Shown here in pieces: positions 1 to 9,988 of a stretch of DNA of 64,000 bases (its first letter is position 1; each line of letters begins with the position of its first letter). The DNA comes from an uncultured Desulfosarcina sp. (GTDB taxonomy: Bacteria > Desulfobacterota > Desulfobacteria > Desulfobacterales > Desulfosarcinaceae). The notes below the pieces were generated by a model. That model was not told the origin of the DNA. It was given only the letters and a program-made list of their open reading frames with translations, and did not search any database. A program made the position numbers and the translations under genes. The stretch is from assembly GCA_963674945.2 (NCBI GenBank), contig CAXXWQ010000004.1:2272001-2336000 (forward strand). Reading direction: 5' to 3'.

Positions 1-706
1 ACAAGCGATTGCACGACGCCCTGTGGCGCCAGTTCCTCTTCTCCGGGCTGGTTCTCGTGATCGAAATTCCCCTGGGCATCTTGATTGCGCTGGCCATGCC
101 CAAAAAGGGGTGGGGCGTTTCCGCCAGTCTGGTGACGCTGGCCATTCCCTTGCTCATCCCGTGGAACGTCATCGGCACGATCTGGATCATCTTCACCCGC
201 CCTGACATCGGGCTGTTGGGTGTGGGCATCAACAGCTTGAATATTCTGGATGTTCCCTTCGATCATACCGCCCGGCCGCTGTACGCCTGGATCACCCTGA
301 TGGCCATGGAGGTCTGGCACTGGACCCCGCTGGTGGCCCTTCTCTGTTATGCCGGACTGCGGGCCATCCCCGAGGCGTACTATCAGGCCGCGAAGATCGA
401 CGGTGCCTCCTCCTGGGCGGTATTTACGTATATCCAACTGCCCAAAATGCGCGGCGTTCTGACCATCGCCGTGCTTCTGCGATGGATGGACAGCTTTCTG
501 ATCTATGCCGAACCGTTCGCACTGACCGGTGGGGGGCCGGGCAACTCGACCACCTTTTTGTCCATCTACCTGGTGAAGCTGGCCACAGGCCAGTTCGACC
601 TCGGGCCGGCGGCGGCCTTTTCCCTGATCTATTTTCTCATCGTTCTTTTATTCAGTTTTATCTTTTATCAGGCGCTGCTCAATGTCGGCAAGGGAGAGAA
701 ACGATC

Positions 707-710
<4 letters not shown>
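1..710 (+). CDS. Carbohydrate ABC transporter permease (glycerol GlpP-type), 5'-truncated by the window edge
   Basis: Hydrophobic ORF with EAA loop (YYQAAKIDGASSW); stop overlaps the next ATG (ATGA at 707-710). Confidence 0.88.
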
Positions 711-1510
<800 letters not shown>

Positions 1511-1523
1511 AAGAGGTTTCACC

Positions 1524-1802
1524 ATGCGTCTGGATTGGATGTACTGGACCGTTCCGACGGCGATTTTCTTTACCACCATCGCCTTGATGATCCTTGGCAT
1601 GCTCGTCTGGGAACTGATCGCCCCAACGATCGAACGCGCAGGATTTCTAAGGGTACCGACGACGCGCGGCACGCGGTTTTTCGTCGGCTTATTGGGGACC
1701 GCATACATTCATTTGGCATGGCTCGGGCTGACGAACCTGAATTTGTGGTTCGCGCTTCCCATTTCGGCCGTTTGGATGATTGTCGTCATGCGCTGGGGGT
1801 AA
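1524..1802 (+). CDS. DUF2160 small membrane protein (GlpU-like) of glycerol-type ABC operons
   Basis: AGAGG RBS; WMYWTVPTAIFF ... R.GFL..TTRG.RFFVGLLG.AYIHLAW pattern; lies between the permeases and the SBP. Confidence 0.85.
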   Translation: MRLDWMYWTVPTAIFFTTIALMILGMLVWELIAPTIERAGFLRVPTTRGTRFFVGLLGTAYIHLAWLGLTNLNLWFALPISAVWMIVVMRWG

Positions 1803-2127
1803 TTGTCGTAACGAATAGAATCATCCCGTTTGCCTCTTTGTGTGATGAGTTCCGGAAGCTGAGAAGAAAACGGGTTGATTCGTTGCATTCAGACCGGGTG
1901 AACTGCACCCGGAACCAACCCGAACGATGAAAGCACTGGTGTGCGTTGACTGCCGGTACCGTTGTCATTCTTAACGGATACGTCGATCCTGCACCTTCCC
2001 ATATTGCGTTCTAATCTGACCTTACGATTGTGTATTTGAACTTGCGCTTCCCATCACTGCCCGCGATGGGTGATGACCGGCGCAAAGGTTTCATTCCCAC
2101 CAACAACGAAGAAAAAGGAGGAAAACT

Positions 2128-3873
2128 ATGGCACATCGGATGAAAAGCAAGTTGCCCCGGGCGCTTCTATTGGGCGGATTTGCCGTGCTGCTGGTCGTCA
2201 CTGCGGCCGGATCGTCCCTTGCGGACATGGCTGCCGCGAAAAAATGGGTAAAACAAGAGTTTACGCCCTCGACCCTTTCGGAAAAACAGCAGCTCAAGGA
2301 GATGGAGTGGTTCATCAAGGCATCCAAACCGTTTAAAGGCATGAACATCAAGGTGGTCTCGGAAACCATACCCACCCATGAATACGAGGCCAAGATTCTG
2401 GCCAAGGCTTTCGAGGAGATCACCGGCATCAAGGTATCCTTTGACCTGATCCAGGAGGGTGATGTCATCGAGAAGCTCCAGACCCAGTGGGCCTCGGGTG
2501 AGAACATTTACGATGGCTGGATCAACGATTCCGATCTGATTGGAACCCATGCCCGTTACGGCTATGTGGTGCCGTTGTCCGATTTCATGTCCGGTGAAGG
2601 CAGGGATGTGACCCTGCCGACGCTGGATGTGGATGACTTCATGGGCAAGTCCTTCACCACGGGGCCCGACGGAAAGCTCTACCAATTACCGGACCAGCAG
2701 TTCGCCAACCTCTACTGGTTCCGCTACGACTGGTTCAAACGGGACGACTTCAAAAAGCAGTTCAAAGAGATCTACGGTTATGAGTTGGGCGTACCGGTCA
2801 ATTGGTCGGCATACGAGGACATCGCCGAATTTTTCACCGAGCATGTGCGGGAAATCGACGGAAAGGCCATTTTTGGCCATAACGATTACGGTAAAAAAGC
2901 CCCGGACCTGGGATGGCGCTTCACCGATGCCTGGCTCTCCATGGCTGGTGCCGGCGACAAGGGCATTCCCAATGGGAAGCCGGTGGATGAATGGGGAATC
3001 CGCATGGAGGGCTGCCGTCCAGTGGGGGCCACCGTAGCCCGTGGTGGCGCCGCCAACGGGCCGGCCGCAAAATACGCTCTTCGTAAGTACATGGAATGGT
3101 TGAGAAAATATGCCCCTCCGGGAAGCCTTGGAATGGACTTCTACACCTATCTGCCGTTTCTGGCCAGTGGCAGTGTGGCCCAGCAGATCTTCTGGTACAC
3201 CGCCTTCGTTCCCGACATGGTTGCCCCGGGACCCACGGTGAATGAAGACGGCACCCCCAAATGGCGCATGGCACCGTCCCCCCACGGCCCCTATTGGGAG
3301 GAAGGAATGAAGCTGGGCTATCAGGACTGCGGATCCTGGACCTTCATGAAGAGCACCCCCTTAGAGCGCCGCAAGGCCGCCTGGCTCTTTGCCCAGTTTT
3401 GCGTGTGTAAGACCACCTCGCTGAAAAAGGCCCATGTGGGATTGACCCCCATCCGCGACAGCGACATCCGCCATGAGTCGTTCACCAAAAGGGCTCCCAA
3501 ACTGGGAGGTCTGGTGGAATTCTACCGCAGCCCGGCCCGCGTGGCCTGGACGCCCACCGGAGTCAACGTGCCCGATTATCCCAAACTGGCCCAGCTGTGG
3601 TGGCAGAACATCGGCGAAGCGGTTGCCGGTGAAGTGACTGTGGACACGGCCATGGACAATCTTGCCAATGAGATGGACAAGGTCATGATGCGCATCGCCA
3701 GGTCCAAGACCCAAGGCGATTGTGGTCCCTTGCTCAATCCGGAAAAGGATGAAGCGTATTGGCTCGGCCAGCCCGGATCACCCAAGGCGAAGCTGGCCAA
3801 TGAAAAACCCAAGGGGGAAACGGTGGATTACGATAAATTGATTCAGGCGTGGCGGGAGGGACGCGTTAAATAG
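2128..3873 (+). CDS. ABC transporter substrate-binding protein (glycerol GlpV-type)
   Basis: AAGGAGG RBS, signal peptide, motifs SETIPTHEYE, QLPDQQFANLYWFRYDWF, GYQDCGSWT. Confidence 0.9.
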   Translation: MAHRMKSKLPRALLLGGFAVLLVVTAAGSSLADMAAAKKWVKQEFTPSTLSEKQQLKEMEWFIKASKPFKGMNIKVVSETIPTHEYEAKILAKAFEEITGIKVSFDLIQEGDVIEKLQTQWASGENIYDGWINDSDLIGTHARYGYVVPLSDFMSGEGRDVTLPTLDVDDFMGKSFTTGPDGKLYQLPDQQFANLYWFRYDWFKRDDFKKQFKEIYGYELGVPVNWSAYEDIAEFFTEHVREIDGKAIFGHNDYGKKAPDLGWRFTDAWLSMAGAGDKGIPNGKPVDEWGIRMEGCRPVGATVARGGAANGPAAKYALRKYMEWLRKYAPPGSLGMDFYTYLPFLASGSVAQQIFWYTAFVPDMVAPGPTVNEDGTPKWRMAPSPHGPYWEEGMKLGYQDCGSWTFMKSTPLERRKAAWLFAQFCVCKTTSLKKAHVGLTPIRDSDIRHESFTKRAPKLGGLVEFYRSPARVAWTPTGVNVPDYPKLAQLWWQNIGEAVAGEVTVDTAMDNLANEMDKVMMRIARSKTQGDCGPLLNPEKDEAYWLGQPGSPKAKLANEKPKGETVDYDKLIQAWREGRVK

Positions 3874-3904
3874 GAACCCGTCTTTTCCGTTGGTACAGTT
3901 CGCA

Positions 3905-3942
3905 TCGGGGTCGGTCCGCCTTCGGACCGACCCCGATTTTTA
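3905..3942 (+). terminator. Rho-independent terminator of the ABC operon
   Basis: ATCGGGGTCGGTCCG / CGGACCGACCCCGAT stem followed by T run. Confidence 0.85.
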
Positions 3943-3997
3943 GTGAAGGGATTTGGATTTGACATTGCCTATGGGCTTGGGTAGTGTCCGTCCATTG

Positions 3998-4120
3998 TTG
4001 ACGACTTCGTAAAAAGCTTTTCCAGGCCACACATGGCCAAACAATCGCATGCAAGAAACTCGTTTTTAATTTCTTTGCCAATAGGTTAAAAATTCGGGAA
4101 AAGCTTTTTATAAAAGTATG
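3998..4120 (+). repeat. ~120-bp palindromic intergenic element (family A, copy 1)
   Basis: Termini TTGACGACTTCGTAAAAAGCTTTTCC / GGAAAAGCTTTTTATAAAAGT; aligns by eye with 61276-61395 and the reverse complement of 62955-63076. Confidence 0.8.
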
Positions 4121-4204
4121 TTATAAATGATTTAATTGAACGAGTACCTTAGAAGTCCGAGAGATAACTTCATACGAGGTAGTACCACCAAAAAAGGAAG
4201 ATCA

Positions 4205-5011
4205 ATGAACGACGCAGACAAGACCGCCTGTATTTCACCGGTACGCTTGGGGTACAAGAGCAAGTTCCAATTTAAATGCCACCCGAAGGTATCGTGCTTT
4301 ACCCAATGCTGCCGGGGTATCAATATCATACTGACCCCTTACGACATCATCCAACTGAAAAACCGGTTGGGCCTGACCTCCCGTGAATTTCTGGCCATCT
4401 ATACCGAGCCCCACCTCTTGGAGAAGACAGACCTGCCCATGGTGACCCTCAAACTTCTGGATGATGATCTGAAATCGTGTCCTTTCGTGAAGGATGAAGA
4501 AGGCTGCATCATTTACGAGGATCGTCCCACCTCCTGCCGCTACTATCCCCTGGGAACGGCCACCTTGCAACACAAGGAGGGTGCCGATGACGACGGTTTT
4601 TTCTTTTTTATCAACGAGCCTCACTGCAAGGGGTTCGAAGAAGAGACCCAGTGGACCGTGGCCGACTGGCGGCAGGACCAGGGGGTGGATCTGCGGGATG
4701 AAATCAATCGGGAATGGACCGATCTGGTGGTACGAAAACGAAGTTTTCCCTCCAACATCAAACTGACCGAACAGGCCAAACAGATGTTTTTTCTGGTCAG
4801 CTACGACATCGATAAATTCCGGGAGTTCGTCTTCGATAGTTCCTTTCTGAAACGATTCGAAGTGGATGAGACCACCGTACAGAAAATTCGAACCGACGAG
4901 ATTCAACTGCTGAAGTTCGGCATCGACTGGCTCAAAGGCATCTTGTTTAAACAGACCGAACCAGAACAGCAGGCGGCCAATTTCGCTGGCGGCGAAAAAA
5001 CCGCCGACTGA
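4205..5011 (+). CDS. YkgJ-family cysteine-cluster protein (putative Fe-S/Zn binding)
   Basis: FKCHPKVSCFTQCC, CPF..GCIIYEDRPTSCRYYPLG and EPHCKGF motifs; ATG at 4205 after AAGGAAG. Confidence 0.85.
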   Translation: MNDADKTACISPVRLGYKSKFQFKCHPKVSCFTQCCRGINIILTPYDIIQLKNRLGLTSREFLAIYTEPHLLEKTDLPMVTLKLLDDDLKSCPFVKDEEGCIIYEDRPTSCRYYPLGTATLQHKEGADDDGFFFFINEPHCKGFEEETQWTVADWRQDQGVDLRDEINREWTDLVVRKRSFPSNIKLTEQAKQMFFLVSYDIDKFREFVFDSSFLKRFEVDETTVQKIRTDEIQLLKFGIDWLKGILFKQTEPEQQAANFAGGEKTAD

Positions 5012-5084
5012 AATCCGGGCACATAGGTTCGGCTTTGGCTTCCCCTGGAAGGAAGGGGCACTGCAATCACGGAAAGACAAAGGA

Positions 5085-6740
5085 CCTGAATCAGTGGCCT
5101 AATTTTTGCTGTTAGGATTGGCGCGGGGCGATTGCCTCACACACCATCATTTGTTGATAATTTTTCTCACTATTTTCAAATTTCGAAGGAATTTTGCTCC
5201 TGTTTCTCATTCTTTAGCCATAGCAAATCACCAAGCAAATGCCTGTAAAATTGTTCTTTTAAAAATTATAGCTACTTCATAGCGGAAAGCAAATTCAGAC
5301 GAAGATAAATCCGATCCATCAGTTTGGAAAATGGATTGAGTTGGCCAAAGGATATGTACCATTTTCTACTTCTGGTTACTAATCGACCGGCCATATACAT
5401 CAAGTCCTGCATGACTGTCCGGATTCGACGCCGGGTAACTTTCTTCCGGCGTATACCGGGCAATTCAGTCGGATCACTCTCTTCGATGCTGATTTGTCCG
5501 ATAATCCGTAGCATGTTGTACGTCAGCATCGCCAAATGAAGAATCAAGCTATTGGTGGAAAAATGACCGCTCGGCAAGCGCTCCAGGCCCATGTCGGATT
5601 TGAGTTCGGAGTGAAACTGCTCGCTGGTACCGTGATCGTGATAAAGTCGAATCACCTCATCCGGTGGCAACTGTGCGAGGCTGCACCAATAGGTATCGAT
5701 CTGATACTCGGGGAACAGCAGTACTTGGCCCTTTTTGGTATGCCTTTCGGTAACCTCAAAGATGATTGGGTAGCGCAATGGATTGCCGTTGATGTCTTCA
5801 ATCGTCTTTCCGATCCATACACATTTTCCTGAGCGGCAATGCTGTTGCTTGCCGGATTTTTTTGCCAGATCAACCCACTTTTGAACAGATTCTCTACGCA
5901 AATTGCGTTTGATGATAAAGTGGACATTCTTTCGTGAATCGTCAGGAAAGTTGTCTTGACTGTCGTTTCCTGAATCCAACCTCATCAAAATAGGCTGATC
6001 GGTAATTTGCCTGGCATAATCCAAGGTGGCGTTGATAAATTCGGGGGTGTTTTTCTGGCAGTGTTGTTTTCCTTCTCTGAACTCAAGATTCACCAGATAC
6101 CCCTCGGTGCCCAGGTAGGCAAAGATCGGAGCGAAGCCATCCGTGCCTTTGTAGGTTCTGGAAACGCCTTCCTTTTGAGTCTTTGAGTTGTCAAACGGAC
6201 TCACATCCATATCCAAAGGAAGGAAATCACCCGCACTGGTTTGGATGGGTGAAATCGCCGGAGCGCAGGATCGAACCAAATCAACGCCTGCATCCTTAAT
6301 CAGCTTATCGGCTTGGTTGCCGATCAAATCGATTCGCTGACGCAATGTCGGGCTTGACGGGCATGCACGATTGCCAATGGCCTTGTTGAAAAATTCTTGC
6401 TTCTCACGAAAAATCTCGATCGCATCGTAATCAGGTTTACCAATACTCATGAGAGCAATCATCGAAGCTAAAATGTCACCATGAGAAATTTTCGGGTCTA
6501 CACAATGGACGCCGTTGATCTTTTCGAAACGGAACCTGAAATTTATCGCATCAAGTAATGCGCCGATATTGATCAATCCGCTATGACTGGCAAGTTTTTC
6601 CATCTCGTGTTTTATGGTGATCGGACGCCGCATTGATTTCACCTCCGAAGTGAGCGTTTAGTGCCCTAATATTACCATAATATATATGTTTTATCAATTG
6701 GTTATAGTGTTTTAATCAGGTTTTGTGCCACGGAAACAGG
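5085..6740 (-). mobile_element. IS1380-family insertion sequence, 1656 bp, apparently intact
   Basis: Imperfect terminal IRs CCTGAATCAGTGGC (5085) and CCTGTTTCCGTGGC (reverse complement, ending 6740), 11/14 identical; direct repeat AAAGGA at 5079-5084 and 6741-6746. Confidence 0.9.
5272..6642 (-). CDS. IS1380-family DDE transposase
   Basis: LDMDVSPFDNS, RLDSGND, YHDHGTSEQFHSELKSD motifs; start may be a few codons downstream. Confidence 0.92.
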   Translation of the reverse strand: MKSMRRPITIKHEMEKLASHSGLINIGALLDAINFRFRFEKINGVHCVDPKISHGDILASMIALMSIGKPDYDAIEIFREKQEFFNKAIGNRACPSSPTLRQRIDLIGNQADKLIKDAGVDLVRSCAPAISPIQTSAGDFLPLDMDVSPFDNSKTQKEGVSRTYKGTDGFAPIFAYLGTEGYLVNLEFREGKQHCQKNTPEFINATLDYARQITDQPILMRLDSGNDSQDNFPDDSRKNVHFIIKRNLRRESVQKWVDLAKKSGKQQHCRSGKCVWIGKTIEDINGNPLRYPIIFEVTERHTKKGQVLLFPEYQIDTYWCSLAQLPPDEVIRLYHDHGTSEQFHSELKSDMGLERLPSGHFSTNSLILHLAMLTYNMLRIIGQISIEESDPTELPGIRRKKVTRRRIRTVMQDLMYMAGRLVTRSRKWYISFGQLNPFSKLMDRIYLRLNLLSAMK

Positions 6741-6875
6741 AAAGGAGTCAGCGCCAAAGAATGCTGACCTGGTTCAGGAAACCAACTTTTCTGTTCCTCA
6801 ATAAAAAGCGCCTGATCATTCGGGATCGGACGCTCAGGCGGTATTCACACCGCCGGCAATGGCCAGCAGACGTTG

Positions 6876-7754
6876 TCAGCGAACGATGTCGCCCACGGTG
6901 AAACCGGTGCCGCTGACCACCGTTCCTTCCGCGTAGCCTTGCTCCACCATATTCAATTTTATTTCACCCACTGTTTTGTATTTGATTTTCAAGATCTTAC
7001 CCGAGTTCGGGTCCTTGATGACCTTGCCCTGGCGCCAAATGGTGACTTTCTGGCCGACCTGCAAACCGATCTCCTTGCCCTTGTTCAAAGAGATGCTATT
7101 GCCGTCCACATCCGCCACCACCGCCTTTCCGGTGCTGGCAGCCGCCGGACCCGCCGACGAACTCGAAAGTGGCGTCGCTTCGATTTTGGCCGCCACCTTT
7201 TCAATGGCACCGCGCATGGCTTCGGTGGCATGCTTTTCGTTGAATTTTTCACCGCCGCCAAACCCGAAGACCTTTACGGAAAATGAGCTTTTATCGTCGC
7301 TGGCCGTATCGGCGAAGACGATCTTACCGGTGGTGGTGTCGACCATTCGAATGTCCACGGCCGAATGGTATCCGACTTTGCCGACGTCAACACCGCCGCC
7401 GCCGCCGCCGGCACGACTCTGCCCATACTCCGTCACCGCACCGGTGATGATGTAATTGACACCGATCAACTTCCCGATCTGGGCGGCCGTGGAGGGATCC
7501 ACGAGTCCGGAGGCGCCCATTTTCTGCTCTTTCAGCACGCTGTTCAAGCGCTCGCGTTCGTACATGTCGAATTTACCGGTTTTCACCAGTGCGGTGGTCA
7601 AAATGTCGGCGGCACCGGAACCCAGGCGCCAGCCGCCATGCTGGGACCGATTCTCAAAATCCATCACCGCCACACGGGGGGCTGCCCATCCCGAGGCAAT
7701 ACTTGTAAAAACAATCAATAGTGCGGTTACAAAGACGAAACGGCATCTTCTCAT
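6876..7754 (-). CDS. CsgG/HfaB-family exported protein with a C-terminal FlgT-like beta domain
   Basis: Signal peptide; VAVMDFEN, ERERLNSVLKEQ, IGKLIGVNYIITGAVTEY; GGAGG RBS. Confidence 0.82.
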   Translation of the reverse strand: MRRCRFVFVTALLIVFTSIASGWAAPRVAVMDFENRSQHGGWRLGSGAADILTTALVKTGKFDMYERERLNSVLKEQKMGASGLVDPSTAAQIGKLIGVNYIITGAVTEYGQSRAGGGGGGVDVGKVGYHSAVDIRMVDTTTGKIVFADTASDDKSSFSVKVFGFGGGEKFNEKHATEAMRGAIEKVAAKIEATPLSSSSAGPAAASTGKAVVADVDGNSISLNKGKEIGLQVGQKVTIWRQGKVIKDPNSGKILKIKYKTVGEIKLNMVEQGYAEGTVVSGTGFTVGDIVR

Positions 7755-7800
7755 CGGTTACACCTCCAAGGTCCACATGAATTTCATAGTTCATCAAAAT

Positions 7801-8835
7801 TTAATATGCTTCATAGCACAGATCGGCAAAAAGATCAGCATCGTCCAGTCGCTCATCGATGTTCACCTGGAAAAAATCGGCCAGGGGAGCAAGAATTTCC
7901 GGATTGTTCGACTGAACGGTCTTGGCCATGGAAACCACCTTGTCCAGACCGGCCCGACTCATCTTGCCCAAAGGGGGTCGGCAGGAACCCGACGGTACCC
8001 CCAACAACTGCATCAGGGTCTTCAAGGCCAATGGATTTCTTGCTCTGCACGTCACATGACCGTAAGGGGTCTCTTCCGTGGTCGTCACCGTCACCAATCC
8101 GAACAGAGGCTCCAGGGCATCGGCAAGAGGTTTGGCCTCTTCGACCCGATTGTCCGCCAACAACCCAACCAGGTCGCTCATGGCCCTGGGTGCGATATTG
8201 GAAACCACCGAAATCACACCCGCCGCTGCAATTGCAGGGTCTGTCATCATTTCATACGTCAAGGCGTCATCACCGGAAAAGATCGTGAAATCGGACCCGC
8301 AACAACTGCGTGTGCGACGCATGTTGTCCAGATTGCCCGTGGCCTCCTTGACCGTATTGACATTGGGAAAATCTCTATAGAGCAGGGCCAGGTCTTCCGG
8401 GAAAAGCTGGGCACCTGTCCGGCCCGGAATCACGTAAGGGATGATGGTCAGGTCGGAAAAGGCCTTGGCCACCGGTGCCAAGTAAGCTTTTCGGATCTCC
8501 TGGCTGCTGGGACCGTTGTAATAGGGGTCCACCAGCAGGACGGCATCGGCACCCGCCTCTTGCGCCTGACCCGTTGCGGTCAGAGCCTCTTTGGTGTTGT
8601 TGCTTCCCGCCCCGGCGATACAAAGGCATTTCCCGCGGGTCTCGTCGGATACGAGTTGAACGACCCGATGATGTTCCTTCCAGGTCAGGGTCGGGCTCTC
8701 ACCGGTCGTGCCCACGGCCAGAATACCGGTGATGCCGTTTTGAATCTGAAATTCGACGAGGCGGGAAAGACCTGTTTCGTCCAAGCCCGCCCCGTCGAAT
8801 GGGGTTACCATTGCGGTATAACATCCTGAATTCAT
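7801..8835 (-). CDS. dapA: 4-hydroxy-tetrahydrodipicolinate synthase
   Basis: GTTGESPTL, PYYN, Y.IPGRTG, VKEATG (Schiff-base Lys), SGDD; GGAGG RBS before ATG at 8835. Confidence 0.93.
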   Translation of the reverse strand: MNSGCYTAMVTPFDGAGLDETGLSRLVEFQIQNGITGILAVGTTGESPTLTWKEHHRVVQLVSDETRGKCLCIAGAGSNNTKEALTATGQAQEAGADAVLLVDPYYNGPSSQEIRKAYLAPVAKAFSDLTIIPYVIPGRTGAQLFPEDLALLYRDFPNVNTVKEATGNLDNMRRTRSCCGSDFTIFSGDDALTYEMMTDPAIAAAGVISVVSNIAPRAMSDLVGLLADNRVEEAKPLADALEPLFGLVTVTTTEETPYGHVTCRARNPLALKTLMQLLGVPSGSCRPPLGKMSRAGLDKVVSMAKTVQSNNPEILAPLADFFQVNIDERLDDADLFADLCYEAY

Positions 8836-9134
8836 GCTACCTCCTACAGACGCATGGTATATATCAAGGAAAATGCGCGAACTGCCCCCCGAGACCGACC
8901 GCAGGGCAAGGGATCGCAAAAAAACAAATCACGACAGGTCTTGGTACGACCTGTTTCCCGATGCCTTACTGCACGGGGAATTGACGTAGGCAGCACCTGC
9001 CGAGGCGCGGTGTGACATGCAAACTTCCCCAATGGTCTCCGGTATCATGATGATGAGTTCCTGTGGGTTATCGAAGGAGTTGTTGCCGACGGCCAAGTCA
9101 AGCCAGTGGCAGACCTAAGAAATAATTAACAAAA

Positions 9135-9163
9135 CACTTAAGAGAGTTGGGATACCATGTCAA
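9135..9163 (-). promoter_or_regulatory. Putative sigma70 promoter for dapA
   Basis: TTGACA (9163-9158), 17-nt spacer, weak -10 TAAGTG. Confidence 0.45.
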
Positions 9164-9344
9164 GGGAAAAGCTGGAACGGAAGTGTTTTTCCTTGACACA
9201 TCCAGGCAGTCACGTTACGGGGTTTGGCTTTATGGAAAATAATGATCATTTTAAATACAATGAATAATCGCCAAGCCACTTCGTGAACACACGAATTTGG
9301 TCAAGAACTCGGAATCGGTCGGTGGAAACACATAAAAAGTAAGG

Positions 9345-9983
9345 ATGTCGATCATGTCAAATACACCCAAAGCACCCAACGCGGAGGCGTTTATCGAACA
9401 GCAGAAACAGGCAATCGCCAGCAATCCCGATTGCGGCACCTCTCACTACAACCTCGGTGTGGCCCTGCTGGGGCAAGGAAAAGTCGAAGAGGCGGAAAAA
9501 TCCCTGAGCCATGCCATCGAATGTAGCCCGGGTCTGGCGGAGGCATACGTTCAAATGGGCGGAATCTGCCTGAAACGAGGCGATTTGGATGGCTGCCTGG
9601 ACTGGAACCAGAGGGCCGTAAAGGCCAAACCCGGCTTTTCCGAAGGCTGGGGCAACATCGGTTTCGTATTGCTTCAGCGCGGTGACGTGGAAGGCGCCAT
9701 CAAGGCGCTGGAAAAGGCCACCGTCTTCAATTTCAGGTTCATCCAGGCCTTCGCCACCCTGGCAAACGCCTATCTGATGAACGGACAGATCAAGGAGAGC
9801 ATCGAGGCCAATCTCAAGGCCATAGAGCTTTCCCCCGACTTCGCCGTTGCCCATAACAACCTTGCCATCGCCTATCTGGAAGATGGAGAGCCCACCCTGG
9901 CCGCAAAACACGCCGACAAGGCCGTAGAACTCGGCTATGAAGTGGCACCGGAAATATTGAAGGAGTTGGAACCCCACAGATAA
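9345..9983 (+). CDS. Tetratricopeptide repeat protein
   Basis: Tandem TPRs (HYNLGVALL, AYVQMGG, GWGNIGF, AHNNLAIAY); start at 9345 or 9354. Confidence 0.88.
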   Translation: MSIMSNTPKAPNAEAFIEQQKQAIASNPDCGTSHYNLGVALLGQGKVEEAEKSLSHAIECSPGLAEAYVQMGGICLKRGDLDGCLDWNQRAVKAKPGFSEGWGNIGFVLLQRGDVEGAIKALEKATVFNFRFIQAFATLANAYLMNGQIKESIEANLKAIELSPDFAVAHNNLAIAYLEDGEPTLAAKHADKAVELGYEVAPEILKELEPHR

Positions 9984-9988
9984 CAATC

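Noticed and set aside
5040..5065. GGAAGGAAG resembling the SRP RNA loop
   Set aside because: Lacks the flanking TCAGG and CAGC consensus
8995..9115. Lysine-riboswitch-like words (GAGGCGCG...GAAGG...GCCGA) on the plus strand
   Set aside because: Wrong strand for dapA, and the later helices and 3' consensus of the L-box are not visible
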